Of a stretch of DNA of 64,000 nucleotides, positions 29,868 to 39,670 are shown in pieces. Within the stretch, counting starts at the first letter, position 1. Every line of letters starts with the position of its first letter. The stretch is taken from contig JAYZEM010000001.1 in NCBI GenBank assembly GCA_036337275.1, positions 14,634-78,633 on the forward strand, given 5' to 3'. Made by a program: the position numbers and the translations under genes. The notes under the pieces are model-generated. The model saw only the letters and a list, made by a program, of their open reading frames with translations. It searched no databases and was not told the DNA's origin. The DNA comes from Bacteroidota bacterium (GTDB lineage Bacteria; Bacteroidota; Bacteroidia; Flavobacteriales; BACL11).

Positions 29868-30686
29868 ATGAAAAAATCTATTTATTATTATTACTTCTCG
29901 ACAATCATAATTTGCTTGTTCTTAGCACCAGATATCTTTAGTACAATCGGTGGCTCTCCTGGAGCTAAAACAGGATCGCCAATGGATGGAAATAACTGCA
30001 CAGTTTGTCATAGTGGTACTGTAAATTCAGGTTTGGGAGCGCTGTCAGTTGCAACTAACATTCCAATGCAGGGATATACGCCTGGACAGACATATCAGAT
30101 TACAGTAAATATTGTACAGTCTGCGATAAATAGGTTTGGATTTGAAATAACTTGTGAAGAAGGTAATTTTGGTAGTCAAAAGGTAGGTGCTTTTGGGATA
30201 TTAGATGCTTCAACAACCAAATTGATAAATAACAATACTGCCATCACTCATACCCAAGGAGGTGTATTTGGGTCTGGATCCAGAAGTTGGAGTGTAAATT
30301 GGACAGCTCCAACTACAAGTGTCTCTGGAGGAATTGTATTCTATGTTAGTGCAATGTCAGCTAATGGCAATGGGAATAATAATGGAGATGAAGTTTATAC
30401 ACAAAGTCGTTCGTTTGTTGAAGCAAGTTCTTCTGTGAGTGAAATTAAAAACAAAATCATAACTTTTGTTAATCCTATATCAAAAGACATTATGATTAAC
30501 ACTTTGGAACCGATAACTATTAGTAATTTGAAAATTTATGATATTTCTGGGAAACTAATAACTGAAAATAACGACTTACAATTGCCTTCTGCTATAAATG
30601 TTAATTTTTTGGATGCAGGAATTTATATTGTAAATATGAATTTGAAAAATGGGGAATCAATAAGTGAAAAGCTGATGATTCCCTAA
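29868..30686 (+). CDS. secreted single-CXXCH (putative c-type heme) beta-sandwich protein with T9SS type A C-terminal domain
   Basis: 272 aa. N-terminal hydrophobic segment. GSPGAKTGSPMDGNNCTVCHSG (CXXCH). C-terminal tail ISNLKIYDISGKLI...GIYIVNMNLKNGESISEKLMIP. Confidence 0.65.
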   Translation: MKKSIYYYYFSTIIICLFLAPDIFSTIGGSPGAKTGSPMDGNNCTVCHSGTVNSGLGALSVATNIPMQGYTPGQTYQITVNIVQSAINRFGFEITCEEGNFGSQKVGAFGILDASTTKLINNNTAITHTQGGVFGSGSRSWSVNWTAPTTSVSGGIVFYVSAMSANGNGNNNGDEVYTQSRSFVEASSSVSEIKNKIITFVNPISKDIMINTLEPITISNLKIYDISGKLITENNDLQLPSAINVNFLDAGIYIVNMNLKNGESISEKLMIP

Positions 30687-32788
30687 TTTCCAATAATTTT
30701 AAATTCGGTTCTTCTATTGTTTTTCCTGCCTTCCAAACTTTCATTGCTATCTATTGGGGCAGTTGAGCCATATCCCTTTGCAGTGAGTTTATCCTCGCTG
30801 ATTCCTTTTTTGATAAGATAGTCTACAACTGCTTCTGCTCTTTTTTGGGAAAGCCTAATGTTCAAAACTTCAGATCCCGTATTATCGGTATGTCCCGATA
30901 ATTCAACACTTAAATTGGGTAGTTTATTCATCAAATCGACCAAACGATCTAACTCAGCAAAAGAATCTTCTTTTACAATGGACTTCCCAATCTCAAAAAA
31001 AACATTTCTAAGGGCAATCTTACTACCGATATCAATATACATCAATTCAATATCTTTCTCTAGCAAATTATAAGTCTCTCCTTTTGCGATGTCAAAATTT
31101 TCTGAATGAAATAAATAACCATCTGCACTCACTGCAATGCCATAATTTTTTCCAGAGGGTAATGAAATCAAAAACTTTCCAGTTGATGCATTTGAAGTTA
31201 GTGAAATATAATTCTTTCCTGTAGTATTATCAGTAATACTAATATTTGCTCCAACTGCTTCCTTGGTGATAATATCTAAAATTTTCCCTTTGAAAACAGT
31301 TAAATTTCTTTCTTCAACCATTACAGGCTGAGAAATCGTTTTATCTTGTATAGGATTTGCAATTGATGCAATTAATTGTTCCTCAGCATCTAATGATTGT
31401 GGCTTTTCAGTACCCCAGAGTGTAAGTTTGTAGATATCCATACCACCTTCACCTCCTTTTCTATTTGAAGCAATATAAGCAACTTTTCCACTTGCAGTTG
31501 AGGAATAAAATAAATCATCATAAGGAGTGTTGATAGGCGCTCCTAAATTCTGTGCTGGTCCCCAATGCCCTAATTCATCAACATGAGAAACAAAGATATC
31601 ATATCCTCCCATAGAATTGTGACCTTGAGAAGAGAAATACATGGTCTTTCCATCAGGATGTAGATAAACAGAGCCTTCATGATATTTGGTATTTACTTCA
31701 TGGCCAGCAGATTGTCCTTTTCCCCAAATATTTCTTTCTTTATTCATCACCCCTGAAAACATAATATCCCAATTTTTACCATAGCCACCATCAGTTAAAT
31801 AATACACCTTGATGTCTTTAGGATCATAAGATGCAAGGGTTTCATTATCAACTGTATTTACAGAATTTCCTGCTTTTCCCATCTTCCTTTCTGGCTCCTC
31901 CCATTTTGTTCCATTTAATTTGGATTCAAATACATCTGCATTATCGTTCTCCACTTTATAAATGAGTAATCTTTGTCCATCATAAGAAAGACCGCCAACA
32001 GCATCATCTTCTTGAGTGTTTAAAGTGTTTATAGCTTCTGTTTTAATCCATTTTCTGTTTTCCAAAGTAGAATAATAAATCTCATTATCATATCTTCCAT
32101 AACTATCTGGCAAATGTTCATTTGCCCTATTAGAAGTAAAAATTAAAAGTTCGCCATCCGCACTAAGGCAAGGGCTCCAATCATCAGCCTCAGAATTTAA
32201 TGCTAGATTATCAATCCATACTTTTTGCGGTTTTTTGATTAATTCAATAGCACTCTCACATTCTTGAATGTGCTTTTTATAAAAATCAGCAAAAGGTTCA
32301 AATTTTTTGTCTTTTTGTCTTTTTTTGAAAATGTTAAATTGATCAATGGCTTCTGAGAACTTACCTTCTAGTTGCAAACTCATGGCATAATAGAAATGAA
32401 TAGTAGGATCAGTTTCTTGCTCCTTATCATCTAGTGTAATTGCTTTTTGTAAAAAATTGTATGCTAAATATTTTTGATTAGTGTAAAGGTAAGCATTCCC
32501 TATTTTTACATTCAATTCAATATTTTTAGGGTTAAACTTGTTGGCTGGCAAATAAAAGAAGAGTGCTTGCTCAAAAAACTTGATGGCATCATTTCTAGCT
32601 AATATGGCGTCATTCCCACTTTGCAAAAACTCATCCCCCAATTTTATATTTTTAAGCGCTTTTTTTAACCCATCTTTATCTGATTTAAAATTAGATGTCT
32701 TAAATACTATATTTTGCGCAAACACAAAATTAACTGAAAGTAAAATTAATAATAATGTTTTTATGATATGAGATCTAGTGGCAATCAT
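30683..32788 (-). CDS. OmpA family protein with TPR, TolB/PD40-like repeats and carboxypeptidase-regulatory-like domain
   Basis: 701 aa. C-terminal OmpA domain (LSGHTDNTGSEVLNIRLSQKRAEAVVDYL...RKNNRRTEFKI). Repeated WSPCLSADG / LHPDGKTMYFSS / GGMDIY PD40-like units. Confidence 0.85.
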   Translation of the reverse strand: MIATRSHIIKTLLLILLSVNFVFAQNIVFKTSNFKSDKDGLKKALKNIKLGDEFLQSGNDAILARNDAIKFFEQALFFYLPANKFNPKNIELNVKIGNAYLYTNQKYLAYNFLQKAITLDDKEQETDPTIHFYYAMSLQLEGKFSEAIDQFNIFKKRQKDKKFEPFADFYKKHIQECESAIELIKKPQKVWIDNLALNSEADDWSPCLSADGELLIFTSNRANEHLPDSYGRYDNEIYYSTLENRKWIKTEAINTLNTQEDDAVGGLSYDGQRLLIYKVENDNADVFESKLNGTKWEEPERKMGKAGNSVNTVDNETLASYDPKDIKVYYLTDGGYGKNWDIMFSGVMNKERNIWGKGQSAGHEVNTKYHEGSVYLHPDGKTMYFSSQGHNSMGGYDIFVSHVDELGHWGPAQNLGAPINTPYDDLFYSSTASGKVAYIASNRKGGEGGMDIYKLTLWGTEKPQSLDAEEQLIASIANPIQDKTISQPVMVEERNLTVFKGKILDIITKEAVGANISITDNTTGKNYISLTSNASTGKFLISLPSGKNYGIAVSADGYLFHSENFDIAKGETYNLLEKDIELMYIDIGSKIALRNVFFEIGKSIVKEDSFAELDRLVDLMNKLPNLSVELSGHTDNTGSEVLNIRLSQKRAEAVVDYLIKKGISEDKLTAKGYGSTAPIDSNESLEGRKNNRRTEFKIIGN

Positions 32789-33887
32789 TCATTAAATACT
32801 TTTTAGCCAATGATATACCCAAACGATTTGCTCTATCCCAATCAGCACAAGCGCCCTGTTCATCTCTATGCATTTGCTTGCTGATTGCTCTATTTAGGTA
32901 GGCTTTTGCATAATCTTTATCTATTGAAATGGCTTTATCAAAATCAGCAATAGCTGTTACATAATCTTTATTTTTATGATGTGTGACACCTCTATTGTTA
33001 TATGCTAAAGCATTTTCAGGGTTTAAGGAAATAGCTTTATTAAAATCAGCAGTAGCAGCAGCATAATCCTCCAATTCAAAATACAATCTCCCTCTATTAT
33101 TGTAAGCAATATCATAATTTGGATTTTTTGAAATAGCATTATTATAATTACTCAATGCCTTTTGCTTGTCATCTTTTAATCTGTAAATAGCTGCTAAATT
33201 GTTATACACAAATGCAAGTTTATCATCTAGTAATATTGCCTTTTCGTAATCAGAGATGGCTTTTTCATATTTCTGTAAGTTTCTATATGAAGACGCCCTA
33301 TCATTATAGGTATTTGCTGTTGGCTTAATTTTTATTGAGTTGGAATACATTTGAATTGCCTCCTCAAAATTATTTTGCAAAAACATCAAAACGCCCATCT
33401 CATAATAGGATTTATAATTCTGATCGTCTAAGGCAATGATTCTTTTATAATCAACAAGTGCTAGTGAATTTTTATTTACTATTCTGTAAATCTCAGCTCT
33501 TTTGAAGAGTGATAGATAATTAGTGCTATCTAACTTAAAAGTAGTTGTAAAATCGGAAATAGCTTTATCATAATCAGATAAAGTAAAAAAACACACTCCT
33601 CTATTAAAATAAGCTGCAACAAACAAAGAGTCGATTTCAATGGCATTAGTATAACGACTAACGGCATCAGAAAAATTATTAAGTTCAAACAACTGAATCC
33701 CTTCATTATAAGCATCACGGGATAATTTAAATTGTTGCTGCTGCAAATTGAGATTAGCAATAGAGTCCTGAAAATTTAATTCTTGATTATTTATTGTGCT
33801 ATCAAAAAGTAATGTATCTGCGGTTTGAGCAATGCCAAATGTTGCGAACATTAAACTCATAATAACAAAATAAATGTGCTTTTTCAT
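32775..33887 (-). CDS. tetratricopeptide repeat (TPR) protein
   Basis: 370 aa. Signal peptide, then about nine tandem 34-aa TPR units (AYxNRGxxYxxLxDYxxAIxDFxKAIxLDP pattern). Confidence 0.85.
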   Translation of the reverse strand: MKKHIYFVIMSLMFATFGIAQTADTLLFDSTINNQELNFQDSIANLNLQQQQFKLSRDAYNEGIQLFELNNFSDAVSRYTNAIEIDSLFVAAYFNRGVCFFTLSDYDKAISDFTTTFKLDSTNYLSLFKRAEIYRIVNKNSLALVDYKRIIALDDQNYKSYYEMGVLMFLQNNFEEAIQMYSNSIKIKPTANTYNDRASSYRNLQKYEKAISDYEKAILLDDKLAFVYNNLAAIYRLKDDKQKALSNYNNAISKNPNYDIAYNNRGRLYFELEDYAAATADFNKAISLNPENALAYNNRGVTHHKNKDYVTAIADFDKAISIDKDYAKAYLNRAISKQMHRDEQGACADWDRANRLGISLAKKYLMNDCH

Positions 33888-34084
33888 GGCTTTAAAATAG
33901 AAGCGTAAAAATAGTTTTTTACATTTCTAAAGACAATAGAAGTCATATTAATTTTCAACAAAATTTAACTCTTTTTGCATCATCTACCAAAAAACAAGAA
34001 AATGCACTTAATAATAATATAACCTATCATATAACTTTATTATATCTTTGTATTTAACTGATTTCATGTTATTTATTAATATTA

Positions 34085-34101
34085 TATGACATACTGTCAT
34101 A
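34085..34101. promoter_or_regulatory. perfect 7-3-7 inverted repeat TATGACA-tac-TGTCATA upstream of trmD (possible operator)
   Basis: Read directly from the sequence. It lies about 60 nt upstream of the trmD -7 box in a 284-bp ORF-free region. Confidence 0.25.
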
Positions 34102-34159
34102 AGGTATTTTTATAAAAAATAAAGCGATTTTGATTATAATTTATGAAAAGTAGTTTTTG

Positions 34160-34167
34160 TAGTTTTG
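34160..34167 (+). promoter_or_regulatory. -7 promoter box TAGTTTTG upstream of trmD
   Basis: Exact TAnnTTTG, 4 nt upstream of ATG 34172. Confidence 0.4.
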
Positions 34168-34171
34168 CAAA

Positions 34172-34852
34172 ATGAGAATTGACATTTTAACAATATTGCC
34201 AGATTTTTTTACAAACGCTTTTGAGTTATCCATATTGAAAAGAGCGAAAGAAAAAAACATTGTAGATATCAACATTCATGACATTAGAAAGTATTCTACA
34301 CAAAAACAAAGAAGTGTTGACGATTATCAATATGGCGGTGGAGCAGGAATGGTAATGACTATTCAACCCATTGATGATTTGATTAGAAAATTAAAAAGCG
34401 AAAGAGATTATGATGAAATCATTTACCTTACTCCTGATGGGCAAACGCTCAACCAGGAAAATTGCAATCAACTTTCTACTTACAGAAACATAATTTTACT
34501 TTGTGGACATTACAAAGGAATTGATCAGAGAGTAAGAGATCATCTGATTACAAAAGAAATAAGCATTGGTGATTATGTGCTAACAGGAGGAGAATTAGGT
34601 GCATTAGTGCTTTCAGATGCAATTATTCGCTTAATTCCTGGTGTTATTTCTGACGAAACTTCAGCGCTTACTGATTCTTTTCAAGACGAATTACTCTCCC
34701 CCCCTGTTTATACCAGACCATCAGAATACAAAGGATGGAAAGTGCCTGAAATTTTACTTTCTGGAGATGATAAAAAAATTGAGAAATGGAGAGAACAGCA
34801 AGCAGAAATTCGTACCAAAACAAGAAGACCTGACATTTTAAGAAATAAATAA
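34172..34852 (+). CDS. trmD: tRNA (guanine37-N1)-methyltransferase
   Basis: 226 aa. [33 protein letters not shown] and [10 protein letters not shown] motifs. Confidence 0.95.
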   Translation: MRIDILTILPDFFTNAFELSILKRAKEKNIVDINIHDIRKYSTQKQRSVDDYQYGGGAGMVMTIQPIDDLIRKLKSERDYDEIIYLTPDGQTLNQENCNQLSTYRNIILLCGHYKGIDQRVRDHLITKEISIGDYVLTGGELGALVLSDAIIRLIPGVISDETSALTDSFQDELLSPPVYTRPSEYKGWKVPEILLSGDDKKIEKWREQQAEIRTKTRRPDILRNK

Positions 34853-34934
34853 ATTTTATCTTAAAAAGTAGTATTATTTTTTGAAAAATAAATTGTAATA
34901 TTGCAAACCGATTTCTAAACAACAATTTTTAGTC

Positions 34935-35282
34935 ATGAACTTAGTAGAAAGCATATCAAAAGAAATTTCCACATTGAATCAGATTCCAGCATTTTCATCT
35001 GGTGATACAATTACAGTTTACTATAAAATTAAAGAAGGAAATAAAGAAAGAACACAGCACTTTAAAGGAGTTGTTTTGCAAAGAAGGGGAAGTGGAACTA
35101 CCGAAACTTTTACTATTCGCAAAATGTCAGGAGGAATTGGAGTAGAAAGAATCTTCCCAGTAAATTCACCAATCTTAGAGAAAATTGAAATAAACAAAAA
35201 AGGTAAAGTAAGAAGAGCAAGAGTTTTCTATTTAAGAGAACTAACTGGTAAAAAAGCAAGAATCAAGGAAATTAGAAAATAA
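34935..35282 (+). CDS. rplS: 50S ribosomal protein L19
   Basis: 115 aa. FSSGDTITVYYKIKEGNKERTQHFKGVVLQRRG...FTIRK...GVERIFP, immediately downstream of trmD as usual. Confidence 0.95.
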   Translation: MNLVESISKEISTLNQIPAFSSGDTITVYYKIKEGNKERTQHFKGVVLQRRGSGTTETFTIRKMSGGIGVERIFPVNSPILEKIEINKKGKVRRARVFYLRELTGKKARIKEIRK

Positions 35283-35302
35283 CTTTTTTAAATAAGATAC
35301 AT

Positions 35303-35329
35303 AAAAAAGCCCAATGTCGGGCTTTTTTT
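35303..35329. terminator. bidirectional terminator between convergent rplS and OmpA-family gene
   Basis: AAAAAAGCCC-aatgtc-GGGCTTTTTTT. A 4-bp GC stem is extended by A:T pairs, with an A-run and a T-run flanking it, so it reads as hairpin plus U-tract on both strands. Confidence 0.55.
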
Positions 35330-37244
35330 ATTGTGCTAGTATCACAAATTCTGTCCTCCTGTTTTTTCCCCTCCCTTCTTTAGTTGCATTTGAAGACACC
35401 GGCTTTTTCTCCCCAAAACCTTTATATTCTAATCTTTTATTGATCACTCCATTATCTAGCAAGTACTGAAAAACTGCCCGCGCTCTATTTTCAGACAAAT
35501 TGAGATTATCACTTGCTGAACCAACATTGTCGGTGTGACCATGAATAGCCACTTTTAGATTTCTATTTAGAATTAAATAATCTGCAAAAGCAATTAGAAT
35601 CTCTTTAGAAACAGGAGTTAATGCAAAGGAATTTGTTGTAAAGTAAATATTATCTAATCTGAAAACCTTACCATGACCTAATTGTTGGATGCTTAAGTTA
35701 AGTTCGGTAGGTGAATTAAATACTTCATCATCAGACGAAAGATATCTAGCATTAAAAGCAAATCCTTTTTTATTAATCGTAAGCAAAATATCATCCCCTT
35801 CTTCTAATGTGTAAGCAGCAGTATATTCTCCATTTTGCACCTGAACAATATGTTTTTCTTTATCATTTAGGTTTTTTAGTTCTATGGCAGCATCTTCAAT
35901 AATTTGCCCATTTTCATCTTTTAATACTCCTTTCAAAAACAAAACTTTTTTTGGCTTTGCTGCTTCATATAAATCAAAAGCATACAAATCCCAACCACCT
36001 ACTCCATCCAGTTGATTAGATGCGAAATAGGCTTTTTTACCATCTGTGCTCACAAAAAGCCCCAACTCATCTGAAACTGTATTGATTGGAAAGCCAATAT
36101 TTTGTGGCTTTTGCCAGATACCCAAAGTGTCTTTTCGGCTAAAGAAGATATCATAGCCCCCAACAGATGGAAACTGATCGGAAGCAAAGAATAAAGTTTC
36201 ATTATCGGTATGCAAAAAAGGAGATTTTTCATTATTTCTACTATTGATATGCTCTCCTATATTCTCAGGATTACTCCACTCCCCTTTTTCGTTTTTTCTG
36301 ATAATATACAAATCAGAACCACCAAAACCTCCTTTTCTATCACTAGCAAAAATAAGAGAATTGCCATCAGTTGAAACGGAGGGCTGAGATTCCCAACTGT
36401 CTTTTCTATTTATTTTCGTGTTGAAAGCCATAATCTCTGACCACTCATCCCCTTTTTTTTGAGTGTAAAACAAATCACAATTATTATAGCCTCCATCTAT
36501 ATTTTGACAAACCGTAAAATAGAGAGTTTTATTGTCAATGGTTATACTTGCGCCTCCTTCATTTGAATTTCTGTTAAAAGGAAAAGGCATAGGAGATCCT
36601 GTATTAAATTCGGTACTTTCTTCCTTGCTGAAAACAAATTCTTCTGCAACAAACTTTGTTAAACCTCCTAACTCATCTTTTTCTCCTCTTCTTGTATAAA
36701 AAACCAATTCCTGATCAGGAGATAGTATGGGTAAATATTCATCTGCAGTAGTGGAAATACCTTTTACCACTTCCGGATTGAAAGGTACTGGACTTTGAAT
36801 AATATCGCTTATCGCTTTGGCTTGTTGGTGCATTTCTTCAGCCTTTTCTGTTGCACTTTCTGTCAATCCTAATGCTATTGCTTTTTTCAAATACCTCTCA
36901 GCATGCACATACATTTTGCGTTTAAAATTAATCTCCCCTAGCAAATAATAAATAACCGGATACTTATCAGGGCAAATGGCAAGGCAAATAAGTGCATAAT
37001 CTTCAGCGTCTAAGCTTTTTTTTAAATGCCAACAGGTAATAGCTTGCAAATAACTTACCTCAGCAATTTCATTTACACCTTTTGCTTTCTTTAAAGTTTG
37101 TTGAGCTTGGAAATATTTTCCTTTTTTAATTAGGCGCTCAGCAGTTTTGCAAATAGTCTTTACTTTTCCTTGTGGAAGTTCACAATCTTGCGCAAAAGCA
37201 GTTTGCAGAGAAAACAAAAGAATAAAAAGAAATCCTTTTTGCAT
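35328..37244 (-). CDS. OmpA family protein with TPR and TolB/PD40-like repeats (paralogue of 30683-32788)
   Basis: 638 aa. C-terminal IHGHTDNVGSASDNLNLSENRARAVFQYL...GKNRRTEFVI. Repeated PSVSTDGNSLIFASDR..GGSDLY units. Confidence 0.85.
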   Translation of the reverse strand: MQKGFLFILLFSLQTAFAQDCELPQGKVKTICKTAERLIKKGKYFQAQQTLKKAKGVNEIAEVSYLQAITCWHLKKSLDAEDYALICLAICPDKYPVIYYLLGEINFKRKMYVHAERYLKKAIALGLTESATEKAEEMHQQAKAISDIIQSPVPFNPEVVKGISTTADEYLPILSPDQELVFYTRRGEKDELGGLTKFVAEEFVFSKEESTEFNTGSPMPFPFNRNSNEGGASITIDNKTLYFTVCQNIDGGYNNCDLFYTQKKGDEWSEIMAFNTKINRKDSWESQPSVSTDGNSLIFASDRKGGFGGSDLYIIRKNEKGEWSNPENIGEHINSRNNEKSPFLHTDNETLFFASDQFPSVGGYDIFFSRKDTLGIWQKPQNIGFPINTVSDELGLFVSTDGKKAYFASNQLDGVGGWDLYAFDLYEAAKPKKVLFLKGVLKDENGQIIEDAAIELKNLNDKEKHIVQVQNGEYTAAYTLEEGDDILLTINKKGFAFNARYLSSDDEVFNSPTELNLSIQQLGHGKVFRLDNIYFTTNSFALTPVSKEILIAFADYLILNRNLKVAIHGHTDNVGSASDNLNLSENRARAVFQYLLDNGVINKRLEYKGFGEKKPVSSNATKEGRGKNRRTEFVILAQ

Positions 37245-37245
37245 T

Positions 37246-38538
37246 TTAACTCATTAATTCTTCTTCCGACACTTCACGCAATTGCCCCTCTGTAGAGGCA
37301 ACAATTGTAGCAACTGTAGCGTCACCTGTTACATTTACTACTGTACGCATCATATCTAGTATTCTATCCACTGCAAAAATGAGCGCTATGCCTTCAGGTT
37401 CAATACCAATTGCAGAAAGTACTATTACAAGCATTACCATACCTGCACCAGGAACAGCTGCCGCACCAATGGAAGCTAAAGTAGCGGTTAGGACAATGGT
37501 AAGTTGTGCTGCTAAATCTAAATCGTAACCAAAAGCCTGTGCAATAAAAACTGCCGCTACAGCCTGATACAAGGAGGTTCCATCCATATTGATGGTAGCA
37601 CCTAATGGCAACACAAAGGAAGAAACTTCCTCCGAAATACCTAGATGCTCCTCACACCTTTCCATGGTTACTGGTAGGGTTGCTGCTGAAGAAGAAGTAG
37701 AAAAAGCTAGCATTTGTGCTGGAGAAATTGCTTTGAAAAAATCCAAGTATTTTACTGTGGTAAAGAAGCGTAATACTATAGGATATATCAGAAAAATCAT
37801 CAGTAATAAACCACTAGTAACAGCTAAAGAATACATCCCTAATGCAACAAATAAATCGGTACTAGCACCAAAATCTACTACTAAGCCGCCTAATAGAGCA
37901 AAAACACCGTAAGGAGCCATCAGCATAATCATATCTACAATTTGCAGAATAATATCATTAACGCCATCAAAAAAACCTTTTACATAAGTAGTTTTTTCTT
38001 TCGGTAGCATTACCATTGCAATACCAAACAATATGGCAAAAAAGATAACCTGTAACATATTGCTATTCTTACCACTTGCTGCAATAAAATTACTCGGTAC
38101 CATATCTACCACAAACTGCAGAGGACCTTCTTCTTTTACACTACTCGCAGCAGCAATTTTAGCATCCGCTTTAGACGCATAAGCAGCTTTGAGTTCCATT
38201 CGTTTCTCCTTAGAGAATGACTTGCCTGGCTCCATACTATTCACCAAAAACAAACCAATGGTTACGGCTATTACGGTTGATACTAAATAAAAAGTAATGG
38301 TTTTTCCTCCTATTCGTGAGAGTTTGGAAATATCTGAAAGAGATGCCACCCCTTTAATAAGGGAAGCAAATACAAGGGGTACTGCTATTAATTTTAACAG
38401 GTTTACAAAAATTACACCCCAGGGTTTTATCCAGTCATTTGTGAATCCGATCCAGCCCATACTGGCAGCTAAAAGCCCAAAGAGAACCCCTGCCACCATA
38501 CCAATTATTATTTTCCAATGTAATGCTAGTTTTTTCAT
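37246..38538 (-). CDS. dicarboxylate/amino acid:cation symporter (DAACS/GltP family)
   Basis: 430 aa polytopic protein. Motifs [22 protein letters not shown] and [16 protein letters not shown]. Confidence 0.9.
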   Translation of the reverse strand: MKKLALHWKIIIGMVAGVLFGLLAASMGWIGFTNDWIKPWGVIFVNLLKLIAVPLVFASLIKGVASLSDISKLSRIGGKTITFYLVSTVIAVTIGLFLVNSMEPGKSFSKEKRMELKAAYASKADAKIAAASSVKEEGPLQFVVDMVPSNFIAASGKNSNMLQVIFFAILFGIAMVMLPKEKTTYVKGFFDGVNDIILQIVDMIMLMAPYGVFALLGGLVVDFGASTDLFVALGMYSLAVTSGLLLMIFLIYPIVLRFFTTVKYLDFFKAISPAQMLAFSTSSSAATLPVTMERCEEHLGISEEVSSFVLPLGATINMDGTSLYQAVAAVFIAQAFGYDLDLAAQLTIVLTATLASIGAAAVPGAGMVMLVIVLSAIGIEPEGIALIFAVDRILDMMRTVVNVTGDATVATIVASTEGQLREVSEEELMS

Positions 38539-39608
38539 ATTTTATTGGTTTTACTTCTTAAATAAGCATCTGCTAAAGTGAGTGCCATCATACTTTCTGC
38601 AATAGGAACTGCCCTTGGCACCACACAAGCGTCATGCCTACCTTTTCCTTTAAGTACTACTCTTTCTCCCTTTTCATTTATACTTTCTTGTGTTTGCATA
38701 AGGGTAGCTACTGGCTTAAAAGCCACTTCACAATAAATATCATTACCATTGCTTATGCCACCTTGTATTCCACCAGAGTAATTGGTCTTTGTTGTGCCTT
38801 TCTCATCAAGAAAAACATCATTCACCTCACTACCCTTACTAGAAGAAATATCCACTCCTCCAAAGCCGTATTTAAAGCCGTGAACTGCATTGATGCTGAG
38901 CATTGCTTTGCCAATTTCTACATGTAATTTATCAAAAACTGGCTCTCCCCAACCAGCAGGAACACCAGTGGCAATGCAAGTTATTTCTCCTCCAATAGTA
39001 TCACCCTCTTTTTTCACCCTTTGAATTTCACTAACCATCTTTTCAGCAATTGCAACATCAGGGCATCTGACAACCGAATTATTAATTTGAGTGAAATCCA
39101 AATCCTTGTGATATTTGTTCATTTTTATGTTTCCAACAGCACTTACATAAGCTGTTGTTTGCACACCAATCTTATCTAGCAATTGTAGAGCAATAGCACC
39201 AGCCACTACCCTGCAAGCTGTTTCTCTCGCAGATGATCTTCCTCCTCCTCTATAATCTCTTATTCCGTATTTCTGCTGATAAGCAAAATCAGCATGGGAA
39301 GGACGAAAAGTGTCTTTCAGATGAGTATAATCTTTACTTATTGCATCTTCATTTTTAATCAAAAAACCAATAGGTGTTCCAGTAGTTTTTCCTTCAAATA
39401 ATCCAGATAAAAACTCTACTTTGTCACTTTCATCTCTTTGTGTACTAAGTTTGCTTTGTCCTGGTTTTCTTCTGTCTAACTGCTGTTGAACTTTTTCAAA
39501 ATCAATTTCTAATCCTGCTGGGCAAGCATCTATAATACCCCCTATTGCTTCTCCGTGCGACTCTCCAAAAGTAGTAAGCTTAAAGATTTGTCCAAAAGAA
39601 TTTCCCAT
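38535..39608 (-). CDS. aroC: chorismate synthase
   Basis: Start set at [19 protein letters not shown] (canonical AroC N-terminus; ORF-track start is 39662). Motifs [10 protein letters not shown] and [14 protein letters not shown] overlap with the downstream symporter gene. Confidence 0.9.
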   Translation of the reverse strand: MGNSFGQIFKLTTFGESHGEAIGGIIDACPAGLEIDFEKVQQQLDRRKPGQSKLSTQRDESDKVEFLSGLFEGKTTGTPIGFLIKNEDAISKDYTHLKDTFRPSHADFAYQQKYGIRDYRGGGRSSARETACRVVAGAIALQLLDKIGVQTTAYVSAVGNIKMNKYHKDLDFTQINNSVVRCPDVAIAEKMVSEIQRVKKEGDTIGGEITCIATGVPAGWGEPVFDKLHVEIGKAMLSINAVHGFKYGFGGVDISSSKGSEVNDVFLDEKGTTKTNYSGGIQGGISNGNDIYCEVAFKPVATLMQTQESINEKGERVVLKGKGRHDACVVPRAVPIAESMMALTLADAYLRSKTNKI

Positions 39609-39612
39609 AGGG

Positions 39613-39620
39613 CAAATATA
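39613..39620 (-). promoter_or_regulatory. -7 promoter box TATATTTG upstream of aroC
   Basis: Exact TAnnTTTG, 4 nt upstream of the canonical AroC ATG at 39608. Confidence 0.4.
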
Positions 39621-39670
39621 ACATAATTGGTAAGAGTGAATTTTGTATTTTCGCACAATCAAATTTACTT

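Noticed and set aside
39609-39662. 18-codon extension of aroC in the ORF track
   Set aside because: The canonical AroC N-terminus MGNSFGQ... starts at 39608, and an exact -7 box lies inside the putative extension.
39660-39667. Second exact TAAATTTG box on the - strand, 51 nt upstream of aroC
   Set aside because: It may be an alternative aroC promoter or a chance match. It also abuts the hutI start on the other strand. I did not list it as a feature because the proximal box (39613-39620) explains the gene.
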